DNA from: the human T2T-CHM13v2.0 reference genome, Homo sapiens
Length of the DNA stretch: 64,000 nt
Reading direction: 5' to 3' (one strand)
Assembly (NCBI RefSeq): GCF_009914755.1
Contig: NC_060931.1
Below are positions 26,645 to 40,553 of the stretch, one piece after another (within the stretch, counting starts at the first letter, position 1; every line of letters starts with the position of its first letter). The notes below the pieces were generated by a model, which was given only the letters and a program-made list of their open reading frames with translations, was not told the DNA's origin and searched no databases. A program made the translations under genes and the position numbers.

Positions 26645-27886
26645 CAGAGGTGGATTTCCAGTGAAACTAGTGAAGCTGAAGCTTCAGGTTCTTGCACTTG
26701 TATGAACCCCTTCCAAGGCCTTGGCAGTGTGTTCATATGGTCATGTATGACCTGTAAATTTGTACAAGTAAGTTATTTTGATAACAATTGGTTAAGGTTC
26801 CATGTTTGCCCTCGTGTAAGATGGCATGGGAGTAGTTTGCAGGCATTTTTGGAATCTGGTTAATGGGAAGTTAAATCATTTTTAGTTTAGGTGTAGTAAG
26901 ATATATTTATATGGCTCATAGACACTGTCATATGTATAACGAAGTTATTGCAACGTGACCTAGTGTGGAATAGCTTCCAGGCATACTTCTTCCTCCAAAG
27001 TACGAACTCACCTAGCATTGTTATGCAAAGATACAGTACAACATTCCTATCACAATATGATTACAATCCAGCAGTCAGCACTGCAAGCAGGTGAGTAGTA
27101 TAAAGGAAACACTGTTTGAAGTATCCAGAGCCGGATGCTTATCTGAAAGAGTCTTCCAACCATCAAGCAGATAATGCTGAGCTGAGGATTTGGTTCTCAT
27201 CTGTACAAAGAAGCTCTCTCCTAAGAGGGATAGACCAGTGATGAAGCCTGCATGTTTATAAAATGCATTAAGATTACTTTTTTCATTTTGATGGTAATTT
27301 ATGCAAAATATAATTTTATCAGGATTCTGTGTTTTTAGGGCACAGAACTACACAGGATGTCACTCTCTGAACACTTATGTCTCATATACATCTAACAGGT
27401 CAGTTCTAAAATATCTTGTTCTGAGAATGTCTGGGAATTCCAGGTGAAAGGGTGTGTGAAATTACCCCAGTGTAGTCAAACAGGCTGAAGACACAGGTAC
27501 ATCAGTGATAATGATTGTGCACATCTTCATGATAAAGTTGACACATGTAACACAAGAATAATTCAATTATACAATGATTTTCAACATAGCAAAAATTCTA
27601 TATTGCACATGAATTGCTCTGAGAATAAACAAGTCTGCAAGCAAAAATATATGAAAAGGTATTCTAGAATTATGTTAGGAAGTATGTTTTGTTATTTTCT
27701 GGACATTGTGATATTTGTGGTATTTGTCATTTTTTTAATTTTTAAATTTGTGGTTTTAGTTCCCGTATTCTAATGAAATACCTATTTTCATATTTAACTA
27801 TATATATTATTTTATTTTATTTTTTTCTTCATGAGGGACCTTAAACAAAATAAGTTTCAGATCCCAGAGTACTGGACTGGCCCTTG
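26645..27886 (+). mobile_element. Arthur1-type (hAT-Tip100) non-autonomous DNA transposon, both ends present
   Basis: Left end 'cagaggtggatttccagtgaaactagtgaagctgaagcttcagg...ccttccaaggcc'; right end 'gagggacc...taagtttcagatccc...ctggactggcccttg'. Confidence 0.65.
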
Positions 27887-27996
27887 TCTCTATCCACCCA
27901 TCATTGATGGGGAAGAAACTTTTCCCACTGAGGAGTCATTTTATTTTCTCTGAATGAAGTGAAATGGAGTAAAACTTGATCAGAAAGTTCTTAGCT

Positions 27997-28890
27997 CACT
28001 AATCATCAGGCAAATGCAAATTGAAACCACAGTGAAATATCACCTCATACCTGATAGAATGACTATTATAAAAAGGCAAGAGATAAGAAGTATTGGCGAG
28101 TATGTGGAGCAAGGGCAATCCCTGCACACTTTTGGTGGGAGTGTAAATTGCTGCAGCCACTTTGGAAAAGTGTATGGAAGTCACTCAAAAAATTAAAAAT
28201 AGAACTACCATATGATCCAGCAATCTCACTTCCAGGTATATACCCAGTAAAAATAAAAATGAAATCAGTATCTCAAAGAGATGCACCCCCATCATTGCAG
28301 CATCATTCACAATAACCAAGATACGGAAACAATCTAAGTGCCCATCAGTGAGTGAATGAATAAAGAAATTGTAGTGTATTTATATACAATGAAATATTAT
28401 TCCACCATAAGAAAAGAAGGAAATCCTCCTATTTGCCACAATATGGATGAACTTGGAGGACATTACACTAAATGAAATTATTTCACTTGTATGTGAATAC
28501 ACATACAATGACAAATACTGTGTGTTCTCACTTACATGTGGAATACAAAAAGTTGATCTCAGAAGCAAAGAGTAAAACAATGGCTGACAAGAGCTGGAAT
28601 GGGGGAGTGAATGGGGAGATGTTGGTCAAAGGGCTGAAACTTTCAATTATAAGATGAATAAGTTCTAGTGATCTAATGTACAACATGGTGGCTATAGGTA
28701 ATAATACTGCATTGTTTATTTGAAGTTTAATTATAGAGGAGGTGTTAAGGTCCTCACTCCCCTACACACACACATAGATACAGTGTTAACAATGGGTGGT
28801 GGTAGATGTGTTAATTAGACTGAGGTAATCAGTACACAATGTATATCAAATCATCACTTTGAATATATACAATTTTTTTAAAATGAGAAA
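27997..28890 (+). mobile_element. 5'-truncated L1MA-type LINE 3' end
   Basis: ORF2 C-terminus (MQIETTVKYHLIP) plus 3' UTR. Bracketed by a 15-bp TSD agaaagttcttagct / agacatttcttagct (27982-27996, 28891-28905). Confidence 0.85.
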
Positions 28891-29110
28891 AGACATTTCT
28901 TAGCTGACTATATCATACTTGATTCATGGAATAGAAAATGAGTGAAAATTTTTAAAGAGCTATGTTTAGTGCCTGCCTAGTTTTTCTAGAGTATTGTGTC
29001 ACCCCTGGTACACAGTAAGTGCTCATTGTTTGCTTAACTAAAATATTGACTTAAATGGGATGTTTTACCACCTTCATTATTAATGTGCCTCTTGATAACA
29101 CTTGGTATGT

Positions 29111-29464
29111 TGTATTAGTCTGTTTTCATGCTGTTGATAAAGACGTACCAAGATTGGGAAGAAACAGAGGTTTAGTTGAACTTACAGTTCCACATGGCTG
29201 GGGAGACCTCAGGATCATCGTGGGAGGTGAAAGGCACTTCTTACATGGTGGTGGCAAGAGAAAATGAAGAAGATAAAAAAGCAGGAACCCCTGATAAAAC
29301 CATCAGATCTCATGAGACTTATTCACTACCACGAGAACAGTATGGGGGAAACCATACCCATGATTCAAATTACCTCCCACCGGGTCCCACCCACAATATG
29401 CGAGAATTATGGGACAACAATTAAAGATGAGATTTGGGTGGGGATACAAAGCCAACCCATATCA
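29111..29464 (-). mobile_element. THE1A/B solo LTR
   Basis: Complete TG...CA LTR in antisense; flanks tatgt/tatgc (TSD 4/5). Confidence 0.9.
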
Positions 29465-30655
29465 TATGCCTTGACTCTAAATTAACCAAAATTAAATTCA
29501 AATAAAGTTATGTTTTCCTCTTTAAATTATAAGTTTTCCTCAACAGCAATTGAATTGTTTAAAGATAGTGTTGGGACAAAAATTTTAAATAAGAAATTAA
29601 TCTTCCTATCAGAATTACAGAATGTCACCTCTAAAGGGAGCCCCAGAAATCACCCTCATTCCACAAAGTGTGAAATTTGGCCTGGGAACAGGGAGAGACA
29701 GGCCTAGGTCTCCCAGTGGATACTGATTAGGACAAGGAAAAAACTATACTTTCAGAAGTCTTCCCCCTTCCCCCTTCAGTATTCTTTATTGCAAGATCAT
29801 GCCCTTTCTCCATTCCCTTTAATTATTGGGCCTCATTTTCACTGTAAGCAAGTGGTCCTTTTAAGACAACATGGCCTGATATTTGGTCCAGAAAATATGT
29901 CCATTGTAGTAGTAATTGCAGGGAAAGAAAAACAAATTATCTTCTTATTTGGCCTGCCTTAAACACAGATATTCTAAAATGTTTGCCAGAAAATCCATTA
30001 GATAGGCAATTCCAACCAATTTCTCAGATCAAGTTGAAAGAAAGAAGTCAAATATTTACTTACTTTTCCAGCCAAAACTCTTGTCTCTGCTCTGCTAATG
30101 GTGTTCGAGATGCAGTGACTCCATTAATTTAGTTGGAAGAATTAATGAAAGGCATCTTGGTTTCTTCTGTTAAGATTAGAAAGGACTAAAACTGAATAAG
30201 TTACGAATATCCCTAAGGTCATTCCAGCACTAACTACCCAATGCTTCCAAATTTGTCCTCCAAAGAAAGGTTATTTTATCAGATGGCAATTAATGGGTTT
30301 TTTTACAGGTAGAAAAAACAAAATAACAAAACAAAACAAAAAGTATGGTTACTGAGTGCCTTCTGGAAGCTTCTGGACACTGGTGTTCAAGTGCAGGGGA
30401 AACTTGTCTTTAAGAGCCCACAAAATGGCAAAGATTGCAGGCAAACTTATTTTATTGCACGTCCAGCTATGAAAACCCCTTAAACAATGTTGCCCCTTCC
30501 CTTGCACCCACTCTCTGACCATGAATAAGACAATCCCCAGTGCCACATAACCCTGAGATTGGCCAGCCTGGAAGCCTGTACATCTTCCTTGAAGGGACGC
30601 AGACTCTATCCTGCAGAGAAAGGTTTAGATCCATAAATGCATAGAAGAACAAGGT

Positions 30656-30711
30656 TGTCCCTTCTCAGTGGTATTTGAAAAAGTGTCCCTTCTCAGTGGT
30701 ATTTGAAAAAG
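30656..30711. repeat. Perfect 28-bp tandem duplication
   Basis: tgtcccttctcagtggtatttgaaaaag repeated twice with no mismatches. Confidence 0.95.
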
Positions 30712-31959
30712 TCAGAAAACTGAATAGGACTGAAATCACATGTCATTCCTATCAGCTCAAAGGGATCAACAGTGTGAATAGCCAGCCTGTTTGTGTTATG
30801 CCTAAAGAAAGCTTAAGTGGGCTGCTTCATCTTTATGGAAAATTCTCCTGGCTCCCACCCCTCCCTCTACTGACAGGCAGTCCCTACTCCCCAGGTGTCC
30901 TTTGTGGCCTTTTAAAAGACTTCCAGACACGTGTTTCCCCGTGGTTCCTGTGATGTGCTCTACATGTCATGTGGGATCCTGTACAAGTCTCTTGCAGCAC
31001 AATTGACCTGAGCACATACTGTTCTATAATACATAACAATTACAAAAACCCACAACAGAAGAAGAAAGAGGAGAAATTGCCATGGAAAGGCTTCTCCTTC
31101 TTTATATACCAATTCTCCTCCCCAAGAGCCATGCCACCTTGGACTGGGAGTCCATCCACCCTTGAACTTCAAAGTTCAGCTATTTCACAAGTGGTCAACT
31201 CTTTCTTGGGAAAATCCCAAACAACCTCAGAGGGGATAGGTAAATGGAGTTTGTTTTCCAAGAGTCATGTGGTTTCCTCTGAGTCTGTCTTTGATTTATT
31301 TAATGATTCAAAAGATACCTTAAGTCTAACTTGCTGTGGAGAGATATTTATTTCTATTTCCCCCTCCCTCATCTACAAAAGCCCTAGTTTGTACCTTCCT
31401 CAGCATAAAACCATACATTCTGATAACTGAGAATTTTCTTGAAAAATTACCATATGTTATATACAATTTTTATTTCTCAGTTACACCTCAATAAAGCCAA
31501 GGAAAATAAATTTTAAAATAACTTTTAAAAATATAGCCTGATGTTATAAAGACAGTAGTATGTGCAAAATAAATATTATAAAAGTAGATTCTAGTTAGTA
31601 ATGTTTAGAAATGATACTTTGAAACTGAAACCATTAGCAAACTTAAAAAAATGAAACCTGCTGACCTAAACAAGTGGATGCGTCATTCTTTTCTGGGTGG
31701 CAGTGTTGCAGAGCCTGCATTAGCACCACGTGGGCGAGAGCCTTGTCTTTCTTCTGCAGCAGGTGAAGCAGGCAGCGCTCTCAGGCGGTACTAAATCTAG
31801 AGTCCTTCGGGACCCACCCAGAGGTGCCATTTGGAGATGGTTGGTTCGGGGATGAGACAAAGGAAGTGGGGCAGGGAAGGGAGGGTCAGATAACTTGTGA
31901 AAGGAAAGATGACTGAGATTTGGGGGAAGCAGCAGCTGCAGGATTGTATCAAGCACCCC

Positions 31960-32620
31960 AGTATTGGGAGTTGGTGGTGCCAGCCATCAAAACAGTTGTG
32001 TGGCTGAGTCTTTGCTGGGCACATGGGATGTACCGCACACCAATAATTAGAATCACTTAGAAGGAGGCCTGGGGTGGAGGTGGTGCAAGTCCACCCCTGG
32101 AGATGTCTCCTAGAGAAAGTGTCACATGTGTGTGCCCAGAGACACATGTAGGCTGCCTCCAACTGCATGGCCTGTGTTTGCAAAATGGGAACCACCCCAG
32201 CGTCCATTGACAGTAGAGAAGATAATACATTAATGCACACATATATAATTGTATAGTGTGTTACTGAAAAATAAATGAAACCATGAAATAAAGAACTGCT
32301 ACTTGCATCACCATAGGTAAATCTAAAACACTGAATATTAAAGGGTGGAAGCAGGCATCAAACAAAACATGCAATGAGACTATTTATGTAACAGTAGAAA
32401 ACAGACAAAATGAAACAATCCATTATTTAAAAATGCATGCAAATGAGAAATTTTTTAAAACAAAAATAATTAACACAAAATCTAAGACAGCAGTTAACTC
32501 TAAGGAGAGAGGCACTCAGAGGGTTTCAAAGATGCCATCAGTGGATAAAGGCATGTCACTAGTCTTTTAACTATGCATACAAGCTACATACTCTATTTTA
32601 TATGCCTTATATATTTCGTT
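31960..32620 (+). mobile_element. Old L1ME-like 3' fragment
   Basis: Decayed 3' motifs 'ccacccctggagatgtctcctagagaaa' and 'ggaaccaccccagcgtccattgacagtag'. Confidence 0.5.
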
Positions 32621-32623
32621 GTT

Positions 32624-32987
<364 letters not shown>

Positions 32988-35139
32988 TTAAAAAAAAAAC
33001 TGGGATCAGATAGCTCTTCCTAGCACTCATACTTAGTATTAGGGAACTGAGAACACTCAACTCCTCTGGTCCTTTACGTGTCACAAATAAAAACAAATAA
33101 TACAAACAAAAGAAATATTAATTTTAAAAAGAAAAATATCTAGGAGTGAGTATACAGCAGAGCCCTGTGACTGACACCTCTCCCCTGTAGGTGGACTTTT
33201 CCAGCCAGGGATGATTCCTCCTGTTCCCCCATCTCCTAGTGAGCATTTATTGAATAAATTATAGAACAGTAAAGAGAGTCTTTTATTCTTTCCATAGATG
33301 GAATTTTCCCCAAAGAGGTAGGACTGATTCTTCCTGGGATGATTCTGGAGTAGAGAACTGGAGGGCGTGTGGACAGCAGGATGCAGGAGCAGAGGGCGTG
33401 GGGCTACAGGAGCTGCCGGCACAGCTATGCGGGAGATGCTTCCTGGCCAGCGCTGCCCTGGACCAGTTCCCTGGCTTCATCCCCGTCACTCGTGAGTGAG
33501 AAATTGTTAACTCCGGAAGGACAAACTCTGCAAGCACCAAAGCAAGGGCCGGCACAGGAGCAGAGGCAGGACAGAGAAGGATGTTCTCCAGCCAGGATAA
33601 TGACGGTGAGCTTCTAGGGAAGATGAAGCCTCTAATGCCAGGCATGCCCCCATGGCAATGTGAGGGCCAGTGAGGAGGTGTGGGCTGCTCCTACCTACTC
33701 AGCTCTGCCATGCCCCTGCTGGGCAGAGTCTGCACCTTCTCGGAGTACCTTCCCTCTTGCACAGCATGGAGACACACCATTCCTAGGGCATGTGATTGCA
33801 TTCATCCATTGAACCCAGATTTCCTTGTAAGGTGGGCAATTTGGGCACAGAGCACAAACTCTGGGGACAGATGGGTACCAAGTCCGTGAGACAGAGATAG
33901 GTGCCAAGCTCACTGCTACAACGAGTAGTAGCCTCAGCTATTCTCTCTCCTTCCCTTAGCTTGTAATATGTTTATTTATTTGAAAGAGGAAAAAAAATTA
34001 TATCTTATATTCTTCAAAACTTTACATGGATCAAGACCCTTCAGTATAAATGCTTAAAATCTGTTCCATCTGTCCTCTTATTCTGTGATGACTATTTTCC
34101 CTCTCAAGAAATTATCCCTCGTGTCTAGCTAGGGGAAGGGCTCTACTGTACAAGGAAGGAAACTTACTGAAGCGTGCAAAGTCAGAAAAATAACACTTTA
34201 AATAGTACTACTTGGAAAAGTGAGAAATACTACTAGCCTGAGCCCAAATTAGAGCTTGGACCCATAGATGACTCATGGTTTGAACTTGCTGTTTTGCAGC
34301 CTAACGGGTGTTGGCCTTTTGTCTTAGTTTAAAGACCACAAATGTCTGCCAGACTGACCGTGGTTTTCGTTTTCTCATGAGATTCATACACCTAGAAATT
34401 AGAGACTATCAGAGCAAGAAGTTCCCTCTGAGGATGTCGAGTCCTTCTGAGCTTTGCTCTGAGTGATCTTGCATTTTGGTGCTCTGACAGTCTCCCCAAG
34501 GCCTGTGTCATGAGGAGACGCCAGGGCCAAGCAGAGACAGGATAAGGGAGAGCTGGGGCCACACATGCCTGAGGGGTTGTATTCATCTTTTCCGTTGTGG
34601 TCACATAGCAACATACAATTTAGCTTGAATAAATAATTCTGCCACTAAAGATGGTGTTGAAAACCATGGATCTCACAGATACTCTCAGATGGAAACAAAA
34701 ACCCAGTGATTTGAATGGATTCCCCCAAATTCAAAACTTATGTGCTTTATCTGAGAGTGAGTAGCAAATGGTCATAGCTTCCCCAAACTGCAGACCAGTG
34801 CTCTTTGACCACATCACACCACCCTAGGTTACCCATTAGCCACAGCCTTTCTACTCAGCCCAACAAATGCCAGGGACCAGATGTGGGTAAGTATGCCTAA
34901 GCTCACCTCTCCAAGAAAAGGATAAGGAGTTTGGTTCAACAGCGTGATATTTTGGTATTGGGATTTTCTTGGATCTGGAAAATTCATTTCCAAAATGTCT
35001 CCCCCACAGAACTTTGAAGACGTAACACTGTCAGACCATGCCTTTGTCACAGGCACTGACTCCCCTTGGATGCTCCTGGAACAAGTATCCTAACAGCCTA
35101 CAAACTTCAGGATGTTATGATCAGGCTTGGAATATCTTC

Positions 35140-35504
35140 CCTGTGATGTGGGATGCAGTTGTTCCCTTGATTCCTTCACAAGTCACATGGAGTGGAGGCC
35201 AACATTTCCTGTGATGCAAAACACAAGCTTGTTTGCATCATAGTTGAGGAGTCCCAAGCTCGGGGAACCCCGCTTTCAAAAACAGGCTAGAAACAAACTT
35301 ACTGCCAATACTGGGAGAAGACATTATACTTATCATCCTGGACAGTAAGCAAACCAGCCCTTTGCTTCAGAGGGATACTCTGTGTCTATCTTCAGAGGCT
35401 GTCCCCTGTACAACCCTCTGTGAGAAGGCAGTCTAGAATCAAAGCTATCGGTGCTCACAAGATGAGCAGAAATATGAATGACCCTGGAGAATCATCTCCC
35501 AAGA
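35140..35504 (-). mobile_element. LTR40-like ERVL LTR fragment
   Basis: The reverse complement begins 'ttgggagatgattctccagggtc...ttctgctcatcttgtgagca' and contains 'aagatagacacagagtatccctctgaagcaaagggc...tttgcttactgtccag'. Confidence 0.65.
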
Positions 35505-37133
35505 ACTCTGCCTGGCTTTTCCGAGGTTTAGCTTTAATAGTTTTAACACGTGTTTCCTCTGCATCTAAAGGTTATCAAATCATGTAAGGACTTCCAGTAT
35601 ATTAGCATCTCAATTACACTTGCCTCTTTTAACCAGAATTATCACAAAAATACTTTCTCAGAGTATGTGTCCTGGTTTTCATTTGAGAGGGAGAAAAAAA
35701 AGTCACTTCAGAAACATCTAGTTAGTATCAAGTCTTATAGACCCAACAACATACTTCATATATTCACTGAAATATTCAAGTTCAACCTGAACTCCATCAT
35801 CCCAGTAATCACATACCCAGTGTTCAAAAATATCCTTGGGGAATGCAAATGTTCCTAAACACAGATCAGCTTCAAAATTGCTATTGTCAATCATTTGACC
35901 TTAGTAAAATGCTCCAACATGCTTGATCACTTCAAGATTTTTCAGTAAAGCCTCTGTCTGAAAATCACTTATCTGTTTGGCTTTGAATTTGGGTATGAAC
36001 ACACCAAAGCTTTACTATTCCAGTGTTCTCAAAATTGCTAAAGTTTGTTTTTGTGCCAGTAATTTAAATACTAAAACAGAATGGGGCAATTTTATTTCCT
36101 TTCCTCTTTCTCTTCTCCATTTAAAAAAATTGGCAGGGTAGATTGGAAGGATGGGGGTACAAGCATTTGTAAATACTGTGTGCCAGGCTGGGACACAATC
36201 AAATAATTCTGTTGTGGTTGATTTTTTCAGCTTGTTATAGAAAACAAACAAAAAAATTAAAATAGATTTTGTGCTTTTTTTGAAATTTAAAAATAGTTTC
36301 TTTTTTTCATTGTATGGAAGCATGCCATAGTTATGCATGTTAGGGGAACGTGTTGCTTGTTATAATTTCCCAGGCTACGTTAAAGAGAGAAAAACCTGAT
36401 TAAGTTAAAGAAAGATTGAAAATGTTGTAACCCTTGGGCTTGCATAAGGTACTATTTCATTAACTTAAACAGGATAATTTCTTGTAATCAGGGCCAGTCA
36501 TGGAGCTAGAGATGGATCAGGATCTACCCGTGTGATTAATCTAAGAAGATAATGCTGTACAAAGTCTTTCTCCTAGGACTTGGTCATGCCCACTTGTATG
36601 AGGACTAATATAGCCTCATCTCTACCCAAAGCGTGGATGCCTTTAGGGGGCAGCAGTTTTCTGCCCACACACTTCAAGCAAAATGTTTGTAAAGGAAAGG
36701 GCCAGTCTCTTGCCTCCAGGTGTAACCTAGAATTTTCTGAATGGCCTGAACTACCACTCCCAACCATATTTATAAAATTGCATTTTCTGCTGATGTTTCT
36801 GTCCAATCTTCCATCATAACCCATTCCCTGACCTTTTACTGTGCTATTACAGGCAACGTTGCAAAGTTGATCTGCTTTGAACAACCTGATAGCTAGAGCA
36901 GCCAGCACAGAGCCTTGACCACAGTAGAAATTTAGTAGCAATTTTTAAAATAATTGAATAGTATTATTCATCCTTCTACTATTTTAAAATTTAAAATGAA
37001 CTATAATATATCCAGCTATATAGTCCTCTTGAAACATTTTTAGAAGCAAGGAAAATGACACATTTGAAGTTTAGGTGAATCTTTTTGGAAATAATGCCTT
37101 TAAATGCATTTGTGTTTTAAAAATGATCATTTA

Positions 37134-39214
<2,081 letters not shown>

Positions 39215-39215
39215 C

Positions 39216-39602
39216 TGTATTAGTCTGTTTTCATGCTGCTATAAAGAACTATCTGATACTGGGTATTTATGAATAAAAAAGTTTTAATTGATTCACGGTT
39301 CCACAGGTTTAACAGGAAGCATGGCTGGGAAGCCTCAGGAAACTTACAATCATGGTGGAAGGCAAAGGAGAAGCAAGCACATATTACCATGGTGGAGCAG
39401 AAGAGAGAGAGCAAGCAAGGGGGGAACTGCCACACACTTTTAAACCATCAGATCTCGTGAGAACTCACTCACTATCATGAGAACAGCATGGGGGAAATCC
39501 ACTCCCATGATCTAATCTCCTCCCTTCGGGTCCCTCCCCTGACATGTGGGGATTACAATTTGACATGAGATTTGGATGGGGACACAGAGACAAATCATAT
39601 CA
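39216..39602 (-). mobile_element. THE1D/MSTA-type 3' LTR
   Basis: 'tgtattagtctgttttcatgctgctataaagaac...acaggaagcatggctgggaagcctcaggaaacttacaatcatgg...catatca'. Confidence 0.9.
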
Positions 39603-40008
39603 TCCCACTCCTTGCCCTTCACAAATCTCATGCCCTTCTCACATTTCAAAATCAGTCATGCCTTCTCAACAGTCCCCCAGAGTCTTAACTCATTCCAGCG
39701 TTAACTGAAAAGTCCAAGTCCAAAGTCTCATCTGAGACAAGGAAAGTCCTTTCTGCCTATGATTCTGTAAAATAAAAAACAAGTTAATTACTTCCAAGAT
39801 ACAATGGGGGTATAGGCATTGGGGAAATGTTCCCATTCCAAATGTGAGAAACTGGCCAAAACAAAGGGGCTACAGGCTCCATGCAAGTCCGAAACCCAGC
39901 AGGGCAGTCATTAAGTCTTAAAGCTCCAAAACAATCTCCTTTGACTCCATGTCTCATATCCAGGAATGCTGATGCAACAGTGGGGGGCTCCCAAGGTCTT
40001 GGGCAGCC
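39603..40008 (-). mobile_element. THE1/MST internal region, 3' portion, truncated
   Basis: 'caaagtctcatctgagacaagg...aagttaattacttccaagatacaatggggg' is typical MaLR-int sequence. Confidence 0.85.
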
Positions 40009-40052
40009 ACCAGAGTAGCTGGGACTACAGGTATGAGCCACCACACCGGACC
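40009..40052 (-). mobile_element. Short Alu/monomer remnant
   Basis: 'gagtagctgggactacaggtatgagccaccacaccggacc'. Confidence 0.75.
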
Positions 40053-40377
40053 GTCCTAAAGATTAATGATCAATCTACGGCCTAAGCAATCCAAGCCATA
40101 AGCAGTGTCTGAAGATTAGGTAAAGATGCAATGTGCCTGCAGATGAGCCCTAAGTCCATTTCTGCTACTTCAAAAGTTATTGCAGGGAGCTTCAGTTCTA
40201 GCGAGTGCTTTCCACACAAACCTGCAAATATGTCTTTTTTCTTAACTTTAGGTCTATGGAGAAAAGGTTGAAAGGCCCAAAATGACTGATGAACATGATA
40301 TATAATGACAGCTGGCTCTTAAAGATTCTGTTAGCCCCTGGTATTAGGAAATCCAAGTGAAAGGCCCTGATTATGCT

Positions 40378-40553
40378 AAGGGTTGCAAAGATGCCCAATA
40401 ATATTTGAATTTCAAATGAACAACAAATAAGTTTAACATAACTATGTCATAAATATTGCACGGAACACACTTTCACTAGAAAAATATATCTTTAGCTGAA
40501 ATTCAAATTTAACTGGGTATCTTGTATTTTTATTTGCTAATTCTGGTAACTAA
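40378..40553. mobile_element. MER53 palindromic MITE
   Basis: 'gggttgc...gcccaataatatttgaatttca...aatattgca...tgaaattcaaatttaactgggtatcttgtatttttatttgctaattctggtaac', with inverted arms. Confidence 0.8.

Noticed and set aside
29340-29380. DUX4-type motif in THE1 LTRs as an embryonic promoter
   Set aside because: None of the four THE1 copies shows a clean TAAYBBAATCA match by eye; activity cannot be supported from sequence.
30656-30711. CRISPR-like direct repeats (also 56900-56958)
   Set aside because: Only two copies, no spacer array, eukaryotic context, no cas genes.
30969-31430. 153-aa ATG ORF
   Set aside because: Ser-rich, no homology I recognise and no splice or promoter context; within chance expectation for 64 kb.
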